From Oikopleura dioica (taxonomy: Eukaryota; Animalia; Chordata), in the NCBI GenBank assembly GCA_907165135.1, contig OU015566.1, positions 5,084,001 to 5,148,000 on the forward strand: a stretch of DNA of 64,000 bases. The letters run 5' to 3'. The stretch's first letter is position 1. Every line of letters starts with the position of its first letter. Below, piece by piece: positions 11,638 through 22,156 of the stretch. Under the pieces are notes generated by a model. That model saw nothing but the letters and a program-made list of their open reading frames with translations, was not told the origin of the DNA and made no database searches. Made by a program: the position numbers and the translations under genes.

Positions 11638-11651
11638 GGACTTGGGTGGGA
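11638..11651 (+). promoter_or_regulatory. Putative polypurine tract
   Basis: GGACTTGGGTGGGA directly abuts the 3' LTR. Confidence 0.55.
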
Positions 11652-11866
11652 TGTGGGATCGGAATTTTCCCCGAGCTCACTTCTCGCCCGTCCCCTCTCA
11701 TCTCTTATCATTAGGCCAGGCGCCTCGCGCACTAGAAATAGCCCTGCACTACCCTGAACAAGACACTCTCTGAATTACTGAAATAAAACAATAGAACCGG
11801 CCAAGTAGAGTCCCCTTCCTGCAGGAAACCAAGAGAACAACTACGAGAGAAAGTTCGGATCTCTCA
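11652..11866 (+). repeat. 3' LTR (215 bp)
   Basis: Matches 638-852; followed by TSD AGCAT. Confidence 0.97.
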
Positions 11867-12287
11867 AGCATTAATTTGTGGCCTTGCTGTGATAGTTTGG
11901 ACAATCTTCGTCTACGGATTCATTCTGGTAAAAATAACTTCCCGAATCCAACTTCCAAATTGCTTCCTTTGAGATCACCGTCCGATTCCTTCTTCGACGA
12001 TCAGCGCCCTGTCCGCATCACAACCACGAAAATATTTACCCAAGCTTTTATTCGAGACTGCCATCGCTCGTGTCCAGCAGGTAATCAAACAGCGATAACG
12101 AACAAAAGTGATTCCTTATCGCCTCCTCTAAAGAATTCCTTCACGCCGAGGCAAGAAAAATAAGAAGACAGTACTGTAACTCATTTTTTGAAAGTATAGA
12201 AGTTATATTTTGTGGAAAATAAATTCTTTGGGAAAATAAATTTTGAGTCACGTGACTCACATCATGTTTTTGTTGCTTTTTTTTGTT

Positions 12288-12610
12288 CAGTTGGGCTCGG
12301 CAAGCTGAGTTGAAAACCTGAGTCAGGGTTTAAAATTCAACATTTCAGGCTATTTTGTTAATTCAGACCCTGACTCAGGTTTTCTACACAGGTTTTCACA
12401 GAAAACCTGAGTCTTGGTTAAAATGATCAATTTTTAACCTGTGAAGAAAACCTGAGTCAGGTTCTAGAAATCGATCATTATAACCAAGACTCAGGTTTTC
12501 TGTGATAACCTGACTTAAAAACCTGAGTCAGAATCAGAATTAAAAAGACACACAAAAATTTTGATTTTCAAACCCTGAGTCAGGTTTTCTTCTCATCTTG
12601 CCGAGCTCAG
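12288..12610. repeat. Palindromic MITE-like repeat rich in CCTGAGTCAGG/CCTGACTCAGG; further copies near 22376-22575, 25408-25895, 26446-26625, 27292-27390, 28005-28160, 33140-33215, 48550-48950
   Basis: Ends TGGGCTCGGCAA ... TTGCCGAGC; the motif AAAACCTGAGTCAGG recurs in both orientations. Confidence 0.75.
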
Positions 12611-12614
12611 TTTT

Positions 12615-14160
12615 TCAGACGTCTTCGTAATCGTCAAGTCCGTTGAGATCAATTCCAGTCACTGGATCGTTTTCCTGAATTCCGTTTTCTTCCTTGATTT
12701 CAGAAAAAATACTCACGACAAAGGTCTCAAAAGATCGCTGAGAAGGAGAAAAGAGCGATACGGGCGTTTTTGGGCGGACTTCGGATTGAGTTTCTTCGAG
12801 ATCGACGATGACGTTGACTTCGTTTCTAGAGGAGGGGATTTTGGAAAGGTTGAAAATGAGAACTTACGGAACTGGGTCGTTTTCTTCGTCGCTCGATTCA
12901 TCTGAGCTGTCATCATCGTCCTGAAAAATGAGTCATTTTTAACCTGCTGCAGCGGAAAATTTCATGGCCAAACTGACTCAGGTATTCAACACAGCTTATT
13001 GTTACTTACGGAATCGGCGGCTTTGATCATTTCTTCATCTTCCTCAGGATCGACTTTGTTTCCTCCACTGAAAATGCTTTCAAGACAAAAACAACGTCTC
13101 TGGCAGATCAAATAAAGCACTTGATCGAATTCTGAGAGCTACTCAGAAAACGAGACTCTTTCGCTGTCAAATATTCTCTTACCAGAAACAGAAGTCGTCT
13201 GAGTTCGCCAGCGCGATCAAAAGGCAGAAGACGACGATGAGGGAGATGATCTCGATGTTGTAAAGGGCGAAGACCGATGTGATCGCAGCAGCGTCCTCTT
13301 TGTTCTGAAAGAATTTAGCTTGACAGAAGAGTCTTCTTTTCTTACATCGCAATTTTCATAATCATCTTCTCGAAGAATAATATCGGGATCGTCTCGGTCA
13401 AGAAGGACTTTTGGGCAGGTCGCATAAGCAGCCTTGTCACATGTATCCTTCATCCATCCTTCTAGTTGATAAATGTTTCCTTCCAAAGAACAGGCTTTTC
13501 AAGGTTTTTATTTGATGAAAAAAACCATCTTTAGAATAAGGATGATGAACCCTGGCTGTGAGGAAGCTCATCAAAAATCCATTCCAGCAGAGACCAACAA
13601 AGCATCCGGCCATTCCGATGTAGCAAAAAGTCTGGCAAGCGTCGTACATGATCATAAACATTTCCCTAGAAATCAAGTTTTAGAACTGCTTAAAATTCTG
13701 GACTCTGATTGGCTTAGACTTAAGATACGAGCTTCTTATTGGCCAGATTTGAATCAAGAGTTCTGATTGGCTCGGGCCAGGAAAAAGCTTTTTTTATTGG
13801 TGAAAATTTGGACTGCCGATTTCTTATTGGACGAAAGAAAAAAAGCGACGATCTGATTGGTCAGAAAAGAAATAAATCATAACACTCACTTGTTGTCTTC
13901 TTGATCATAAGATTTCATCCCGAGAATTCCCGCGAAAATTCCGCAAAGAGCTCCAAGAGTACCAAGAGCCAATCCAGTCGTGATGTCCGTAACGATGAGG
14001 GTTGAAATGGCATAGCCATCAGTGATGATCGCCAAAGAGGCGAAAGTAAAAATCGCAATTGAAATATTTTTCACTTGCTTTTTTTCGAGCTCAAATTTTT
14101 CTCTTCCTTGATTTCAAAAATGATTTTCTGAACTCGTTCCTTCGCGAAAATGACCGCCAT
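12615..14160 (-). CDS. Multi-exon four-TM membrane protein with acidic C-terminal tail, family unknown
   Basis: Spliced by hand: ISIAIFTFASLAII, GLALGTLGALCGIFAGILG, FCYIGMAGCFVGLCWNGFLMSFL, AITSVFALYNIEIISLIVVFCLLIALA; GT-AG introns 13666-13889 and a 41-bp one near 13290-13330; one frameshift in an A7 run near 14080. Confidence 0.55.
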
Positions 14161-14778
14161 TTTGGCCCGTTTTTTTCTCTCTCTTTCTTGTATAATTTTA
14201 TGGCGGTGAGAAATCGAAAGCTCCTTGCTTGATTCAGCGCTAATCTCAAAGTGGTGCCTCGACTGCTGAATACGTAAATATTTGTTTGTCGCGATAACGC
14301 GTACTTTCAAAATCAGCAATCGTTATTTACCCTCCCAGATCTATCTAACACTATCGACAGATCTGACCATCTGAGCTTCAGAAAAGGACGGAAAATCGGG
14401 GACAGGAAAGAATTTTTATCGTCATTTTTTTCCAAATGTCACATTTGAAATGTGCCTTAATTTTTCAACAAAATACCCCTTTTTGACTCGAAAACCAATT
14501 GAAAGCGCGATTTTTTTAAGCAAAATGACCTGTTAAAATAGCCTTGTCTACTGGCGATAGTTCCACTACTGTACTTTAATAAAATATTCAAGTAGCTTCT
14601 TTATTTACGCACAGCTGTTCTTGGCAGTAGAAGGTGTGGCCAAATATTTCTTCTCTTTCTTTTATCTAATATTTATTTCAAGAAGACATCTAATTGATCA
14701 GCCAAAAATGAAATGGTCTTAGTCTTAGACTCTCAGACGAAAACAATTTTTTTAGAAAGGATTGAGTTTTATTTTCCT

Positions 14779-15342
14779 TCATTTTTCGGGGTGTTTTTCG
14801 AGTTCAAAAATAAGGAACTGAATATAAGCAGTTGCAGCTCTGAGAGTTTCGACTTTTGAAAGACGTTTTCTGGAGAGATTCGGGACCGTTTCGCGGAGAA
14901 TTTCAAATGCTTGATTCACGTTTCGGACTCTTTGTCGTTCACGTTCGTTTCTAGAGTTCTTTTTAAAGAAAAAAATTGAAGAAAGGAGCAATAACTCAAA
15001 TTTTTGTGAAATTTTTTTCTCTGAAATCTGATTGGCCCACTGGCTAGATGCGGAGATATGATTGGCTCGAGAAATTTGACCAAAATTTTGGTAAATTTTT
15101 CATAATTTTTGCCGATTTTCGCTGTTTTTCCGAAAAATGGTGGAAAATTGACCAAAATTTTGGTCAAATTGCCAGCCACTCAGATCTCCGCACCAAGCCA
15201 GTAAGCCAATCAGATTTCAGAGAAAAAAATTTTTTCGCAAAAATTTGAGCAATTTTTGCCTTTTCATCAAAATTTGAATTTTCAAGCCAAATTCTCACCT
15301 GATCTGGCTCTGTCGTTTTTGCGAAAAGTGTGAATAGTTCAT
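14779..15342 (-). CDS. Achaete-scute (ASCL3/4/5-like) bHLH factor, 71 aa, two exons (15299-15342, 14779-14950)
   Basis: RNERERQRVRNVNQAFEILRETVP...KRLSKVETLRAATAYI; in-frame GT-AG join. Confidence 0.8.
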
Positions 15343-15536
15343 AACTTCCAGCTCTACTTTCGATTTTTTCGATCTAAAGCGAAAGTGGCGCTCAATCAAG
15401 TGAACTCAACAAGGCTGAAACGCCACTTGGAATCAATTGAAAATACAATGCCAATACTGCTCAATGCTCAATCCGAAAAAACAGCTTCTTCGCAACTCAA
15501 AATCGAACAAAAAGAGAACGAAAAAGAGGAGAAAAA

Positions 15537-15787
15537 ATGATTCTGCGTTTTGCTTTTCTTGTTTTTGCGGTTTTTGGCTATTGGCGCTCTCATAAACACG
15601 GGTAAGATTTTAAATAATAAACCTTCTCTGTTGAAAAAAAATTTTCAGTGACTCAACTGATCGAGATCATTTCCACTCCCTTCTTCAGCGAACGCGAGAA
15701 TGGTACACTTTCCGAATGCTGGTAAACGACCTGATCGACGAGGACGAATGGGGAATCATCAACAATAATCTTTTGATGCGAAAATAA
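15537..15787 (+). CDS. Small secreted peptide precursor, 67 aa, two exons (intron 15602-15648)
   Basis: Signal-like MILRFAFLVFAVFG; 47-bp GTAAG...TTTCAG intron keeps frame to the TAA. Confidence 0.6.
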
Positions 15788-16073
15788 ACCAATTTGTTAT
15801 TCGACTTTGTCTCTAGAATTGAAATTATTTTTTGAAAAATCAGAAAAGGGAGTTCAGTTTCTCATGAATCAAACAAGCCCTCAACATCACAAGCAGCAGC
15901 CCTGGACACGGAAACCTGTGAACAGACCTGAGTAAGGACCCTTAATAAATAACTTAGAGGCAAGGAAGCCACTTAAACTTTGAACTCTTCGTTCTTTTGA
16001 AAAGTCTTTCAATACCCTGACACAGGTTTCTTACACGGGTTTCTGAGTCCAGCTGAAGCCGGATACCGGTGCT

Positions 16074-16536
16074 CAGGGTGGCTATTTTGGATTTGGGGGT
16101 TAGTTGGAATTGGATTGGATCCAATCCAATAACGTTTGGATGGAATTTGGATGGCCAGGGTACCGGATTTTGTTGGGTAAAATTGGGCAATTGGGGGAAA
16201 TTGGGGGAATCGGATCCAATAAAAAATATATCTTTAAACTATGCAAAGTAGGGTCATTTTCATGATAAAAATGAACAATTTCATATAAAAAAAATCATCG
16301 TTTTGGCTCTGTTGATCCTCCTTTCGGATAAAAACTTACTGTTTCCATTCTTTTCAAAGTACTAGAAGCCTTGGGAAAATTGGAAACCCAATTGGATCCA
16401 ATTGGAAATGGGGATTATTGGGGAATTGGGTAAAATTGGATTGGATTGGATTTTGGATGGATAGCTTTGACTCAAAATTTATTGGATGGAAATTGGATGG
16501 CCAGACCCCGAAATTTTGTCCAAAATAGCCACCCTG
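16074..16536. mobile_element. hAT-type MITE, family A
   Basis: TIR CAGGGTGGCTATTTTGG; 8-bp TSD CCGGTGCT; inverted copy at 43187-43644. Confidence 0.92.
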
Positions 16537-17316
16537 CCGGTGCTCCTGCACCAAAACCTTTTTCCGCTCCGGTACCGTCTTCGTCTTCAGAAGAAGAACC
16601 TGGATGCGTATGTTTTCGGTTTTTTTTTTCTTATGACTTTTTTTGAAAGGCAAAACAATTGGCTGCGGTCTGTTTCTTCTGGTTAATCTTTGGAGGTTTC
16701 CATCTTATCGGTTATTTATATTGTAAGCATAAAGATAATACGATACTATTCCATTAAAAAAATTCAGCGTTGGGAAAAAATTATAAAAATATATGCCAAG
16801 CAGCTGATCCTTTTATTCTTGAAGATGGAGTCAGTTATATTTTCAGGTAAAAGAGGCAATTTGGTATTTTTATTCTGAATTTCATTCTAGTCCACCAACT
16901 CACCCGACCTGCGAAAGATGCAGTACAGATGACCGTGGTGAACAAAATTGTTTTGATGACTGCTTTGTTTATTCTGATAATAGACACTGTCCATGTAAGT
17001 GCTCAAGGAAAAGGGGCGCCATGGAAATATGTCGCCGAATGCCGGCGACATTTTGCGACATTTAGGGACATTTTGTGACATTCAGCAAAATAAATCCACA
17101 TTCGACGACATTTTGCGACAAAACAAGCGTCGCCAAGAAAAAGGACTCACTTACATTCCCTTTCAAGTGACAATTAAATCGGAGCTTCACCAGATCAGCT
17201 ACGAGATCACTTGGATCGACATCGACCCAACCAACAATGGCGACAATGGCTGTGGCGATTATTTGTCTATCATCGGGTTCGACGAAAAAATCTGTGGATA
17301 CGGTGATGGATCAGAG

Positions 17317-17911
17317 CAGGGTTCGAAATTTGCTGTTCACTCAGAGTGAACAGAGTGAGCTGTTCACTGTTCACTGTTCTCTCTGTTCACTCTGAGAGTG
17401 AACAGTGAACAGCATTTTGAAAAGTAGAGTGAACAGCGAACTGTTCACTCTCTTCTCTCACCGGGTTTTGACAAATTCTAGAGCAGATTTGTTATTGTCG
17501 ACTCAAAATTCTAGCAGAAAATTGTGGTGGAAAAGCAACAATTTTGTTCTAGAATGTATTCTTCAAAAAAAATCATGACGAGAAAACACTTTACAGTAAT
17601 ATATATCGGAAGAGACGATTAATTATCCTCTCACTACTAAAAACGTCTCTTTTAAGACTTATTAATGTTTGTTAGCTTGAAAATAATCTAGTTTGACTTT
17701 TAAAATTTTGCAAAAAAAAAAATAATTTTTCCGGATTTCGGGCAGAGTGAACAGTTCACTCTGTTCACTCGAGTGAACAGTGAACAGGATTTTCAAATCG
17801 CTGTTCACTCTAGACTCTAGAGTCTAGAGTGAACAGTGAACTGCGTTATGAGAATGCTGTTAACTCCAGAGTGAACAGTGAACACGGGTTTTCGGCGGAT
17901 TTCGAACCCTG
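17317..17911. mobile_element. hAT-type MITE, family B (GTGAACAG subterminal arrays)
   Basis: TIR CAGGGTTCGAAAT/ATTTCGAACCCTG; 8-bp TSD GATCAGAG. Confidence 0.92.
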
Positions 17912-18498
17912 GATCAGAGACCGCAACGATGATGGATGAAATTCAAGTTCTCTGGAAGAGCGACTCTTCGCCAAATGAACATCATGAAGGATTCGAGCTC
18001 TTTGTCTGGTCTGAGGATCAGAAAGAACGATCTTCTGCTAATTTTGAGAAGATTCAAGCGTCAAAACTTCCGGAGGATCGACTCTCAGAAAAAGAAAAAA
18101 ATGAACTCAAGAAAAAAACAGAAAAACGATTCAAAAAAATTATTCGATACTGATTTTTAAAACAATAAATAAAGCATCTCTTTTTCAAAATGATCAGTCA
18201 TCAAAAATCCAGTGTAGTTTTTATCCGCCCAGAAAGTTCGTAGACCGGAGATTATGTACAAAATCAACAAGGAAGTGATGATTCATCACTGATCAAGAAA
18301 TCTATAAAAACATCATCGATGCCAATTATAGAGCATATTTTCTTGGAGCCATAAGATGAATTCACTGTTTACGCTTTCGTTACTTGGCATCATTTTGGTA
18401 CCTCTTGTATTTAGTCAATTGATCATTTAATAAAGTCATTTTCTCTCTAGAATGAATAAAAATTGTTTGCAAAAAGCAAAAGGGGAATTTAGTTTAAA

Positions 18499-20455
18499 AT
18501 GTATCCAACAAGCAGCGCACCGCAATATCAGCAGCAGCAGCCGGCTTACGGAGCGCCTGATCCTTATGGTTTTGCTCCAGAAGCAGCCCCATCCTTGGCG
18601 CCACCGCAGCCACCAGCGCCAAGTACTTCTCAGCCAATGATCATCAACATTCAACAGAACGCGTCCGCCCCAGCTGCGCCATCTTACGGCGGCGCTCCTC
18701 CACCGCCACCGCCAGTGTCGAATCCCAACCCGGGCATTGGAAGCCGATCTAGTCGAGGAGGCGTTAGTTTTTTTCCACTTTTCCCTTTCTTTTCTTTTTC
18801 CTTTAGAAACAAGACATGGGGCAACCGGGAGAATAATTCTGTGCACAGAACTATTCTGTGGAAAACAGAATTATTCTCACGATAATACCCCCCCTTTCCG
18901 GGAGAATAATTCTGTGAAAAAAAATTTTTTTTGGCGAAAACAACTATTATTGTGCGAATGCAGAAGTTGTTTGCTGCCAAAAATGAGTCCCAGCGGTAGA
19001 AAAAGACTGCCCCTGCCAACCCAATGAGTTCTCTATCAGAAAATGCGCGCAAGGGCCGTAGGCCCGTAGCGTGCTTCATAGCTTCTTCGGTTCAGCTTCT
19101 ATTAACAAACTATCATTTTTATTGATTGTTTTTCGCTGCAAGATTCGAAGACCGACTGAAGTCAATCCTTTTCCACTCTTCGACATGAGTTCAAAAGTAT
19201 TATAAGCTATCTACGACATTATCAAAGTGAATTTTGCTAAGCTCAACACAGAATAGTTCTGTTTCAAACAGAATGGTTCTGTTTCAAACAGAATAGTTCT
19301 GTTTTTTCACAGAATAGTTCTGTTTCCACAGAATAGTTCTGTCCACAGAATTATTCTCCCGCCCAGCCCAAGACATGATCGCTGGAACCGTCATTTGCGT
19401 CTTGATAATTTTGTTCATTGGTCTTGGTGTTTTTATTGGTAGGAAAATAGCATCTTATGTTTTGATAATAGATTTGAGGAATGACACGTGACTATCAAGA
19501 CATTTGCCACGCGCCGGATCCGTTTATTCTCGAAGATGGAGTTAGCCTCATTCTCAGGTGAGATTTGATTGGCTGGAAAAGAAGATGAAAAAGTCAATCT
19601 TATTGGCTGAAAAGAAAGATACGGCATTTTCATTGGATGATTTGGTATTTTTTAGTCCTCCAACTCATCCTACCTGCGAACATTGCTCTACTGATGAGGA
19701 TGGCAATGAAAGTTGCTCGCCTGGCTGTTTCGTTTACGATGAAAACAAGAACTGTCCCTGTAAGAAATACAAAAAAAACAGCAATTCTATTCTTAATTCT
19801 AGTGACGATCAAATCTCAAAGCAACCAGATCCGCTACGAAATCAAAATGATCGATATCGACCCAACTCTTGCTCGGGCTCGAAAACCTGCGTAGAAACCT
19901 GCTTCAGGGTCACGCGCGGATTTTTGACAAGCCTAATATTCAGCACCATTATTCATGGACCATGAACAATATTTTACGCAGGTTTCTAAGCCCAGACACT
20001 AGCCTATGAGCCCTTCACCGGCTACTCTCCTGTTTATGGCTACGAAGAACCTCCGGGGTACAATGGAAACACTGACTATTGTGCCGATTACTTGTCAATC
20101 ATCGGATTCGACGAAAAAGTCTGTGGATATTCTGGAGTAAGTCATTTTTATAAAAAAACTCGACTAAGAAATAACAGTTATTCTTGCAAGAAATCGACCT
20201 CTTTTCTAGGGCGGATCAGAAATCGCAACGATGATGGATGAAATTCAAGTTCTCTGGAACAGCGACGACTCGCCAAATGACGATTATGAAGGATTCGAGC
20301 TTTGGGTCTGGTCTCAAAATCCAAATGATCGATCTTCGGCTCCTGTTGAAAAGATCCAGCCATCGAAGCTTGCAGAGGATCGACTTTCAGAAGAAGAAAG
20401 AACTGAATTGAAAAAAGAAGCGGAAAAACGATTCGGAAACATTGTTCGATACTGA
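18499..20455 (+). pseudogene. Type II membrane CUB-domain protein, tandem copy 2 (Pro-rich N-terminus, TM, CUB), interrupted by MITEs
   Basis: MYPTSSAPQYQQQQP...; TM MIAGTVICVLIILFIGLGVFI; CHAPDPFILEDGV; CADYLSIIGFDEKVCGY; IQVLWNSDDSPNDDYEGFELW; insertions at 18819-19369 and ~19870-19995. Confidence 0.65.
18819..19369. mobile_element. MITE, family C (ACAGAATAGTTCT arrays)
   Basis: Imperfect TIR ...GGGAGAATAATTCTGTG; 8-bp TSD AAGACATG at 18811-18818 and 19370-19377. Confidence 0.85.
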
Positions 20456-20598
20456 TTTTGAAAAAAAAAATAAAGTTGATTTTATAAATTCTTGATTCTT
20501 GATTTTTGATTGTTTTTGCAATTTGCAGTCAAGGATTTTCGCTCTCTAGAATGAATGTACAATTTTTTTAAAATAACAAATTTTTAGTTAGTTTCAAG

Positions 20599-22101
20599 AT
20601 GACCGGATCAGATTTGGAAAACGTAAAGATTTTTTCGTTGAAATCAAAAAGAACTTTTTTCTTTCAGAAACAATCAGAGGAGAAAGCAACACAAATCAAA
20701 GCATTCATTTGCATGGTCTTCTGTTCCCTTCTGATGGGTGTAACTGTTATTTCTATAGCGGATTTTGCTAGTAAAAGCGAATGATGAAAGCTTGCGTTAA
20801 GCTTGTTTTTAGACTCTTTTTGGGATGACCAATTTATTTGCAACGCACCTGATCCTTATGTTCTTGAAGATGGAGTTACACTCGTTCTCAGGTATGCTTC
20901 CGAATGAGACTAGACAGAGGGTGGTGGTCGAGAATGAGATTTCTTTTAACAAAATTAGCGCAGAAACTTTAATAAAAATGTTATTTCTTCTAATCGAAAA
21001 TGGGTTATAAAGGGTTGAAATAATGTGGGCGACTTGGTCTGAAAAATAATTTCAACGGAAAATTGTCGAAATTTATCGTCAAAGTGGTACTAAAATCGCG
21101 TTTTTCGTTAATTTTGAGAAATTTTTATCGATTTTTGTTCATTTTTGGCCCATTTCCGCGGCTTTTTCTGCCCAGAACATGATTTTGAAGCTAGAAAAAA
21201 TGCAAAAAAAATTATATGGCAAAAAATCAAGAATCATAGAAAAATCCTCGACCACCACTTATCCGGATGTGGAATTAAGTCTCTAAGACTAGTTAAGACC
21301 AAGACTAAGTATGAACAATAACCACTCTGCTCAGCTTAGTGATTTTTGGACTATCAAGTAAAATGCGGTATAAATACCTCACCTCAGCTCAATAAGCTCA
21401 GCTCAGGCCTGAAAAGGGTCTGCTCAGCTCAATGACCTCGGAAAATGGCCAGCTCAGCTCTATATTAAGTATTAAGGGCTCCAGCGTACCCGACATGCCA
21501 GGAATGCAGCCAGCAACATGTACCAGGCTCTTCATCTTCAAGTTCTTCATCGCAATCTTCACCTGGGGGTAACTTCGAGAGTGAGTGTGGACCTGGCTGC
21601 TACGTGTACCATGACGACAGGAACTGCCCCTGTAAGACTAAATCAGCGCAAAACATCTTTAGCTTAAATTCTAGTGACGATCAAATCTGAAACGGAACAG
21701 ATCACCTACAGGCTCAAATTCCTCGACGTCGATCCACTAAATGATTGTGGCGATTATTTATCAATTATTGGAAGAGAAGAGAATCTCTGCGGATACTACT
21801 CTGTAAGCTAAGCTGCCGATTAATAATTTATTAATAATAAAATTTGTCCTAGAGTAAATTGGAGATCGATACAATTGCGAATGAAATCCAAGTTCTCTGG
21901 AACAGCGACTCTATTCCGAATGACGATCATGAAGGATTCGAACTCTGGATCTGGTCTCGAGATCCGAATGAACGATCTTCTGGTCCTGCTTTTGAAAAGA
22001 TCCAACCTTCGAAGCTTGCAGAGGATCGACTTTCAGAAGAAGAAAGAGCGGATTTGAAAACAGAAGCAGAAAAACGATTCGAAAAAATTGTCCGATACTG
22101 A
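20599..22101 (+). CDS. Type II membrane CUB-domain protein, tandem copy 3, apparently intact
   Basis: Hand-spliced exons stay in frame: TM AFICMVFCSLLMGVTVISIA; CNAPDPYVLEDGV; DCGDYLSIIGREENLCGY; IQVLWNSDSIPNDDHEGFELW. Confidence 0.72.
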
Positions 22102-22156
22102 TTTTTTCAAGCTTCATGCGCGGAATGTTTATTCAAAAATACAGCAAAAATCATCT

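Larger units (their letters stand above)
638..11866 (+). mobile_element. Full-length env-carrying Ty3/gypsy LTR retrotransposon (Tor-like endogenous retrovirus)
   Basis: TG...CA LTRs at 638-852 and 11652-11866; TSD AGCAT at 633-637 and 11867-11871; PBS, gag, PR-RT-RH-IN pol, env, purine-rich tract before the 3' LTR. Confidence 0.97.
15865..18153 (+). pseudogene. CUB-domain membrane protein, tandem copy 1, with two MITE insertions
   Basis: CQAADPFILEDGV; CGDYLSIIGFDEKICGY...IQVLWKSDSSPNEHHEGFELF; MITEs at 16074-16536 and 17317-17911. Confidence 0.65.

Noticed and set aside
11576-11773. Hydrophobic ORF extending into the 3' LTR (nef/sag-like position)
   Set aside because: No ATG in frame, TGA immediately upstream, and hydrophobicity explained by T-rich DNA
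11876-12170. Possible minus-strand exon ending next to the LTR insertion
   Set aside because: No consistent frame or recognisable motif
17341-19369. Regular short-repeat arrays resembling CRISPR or iterons
   Set aside because: No unique spacers, and they lie inside TIR/TSD-bounded MITEs in a eukaryotic gene
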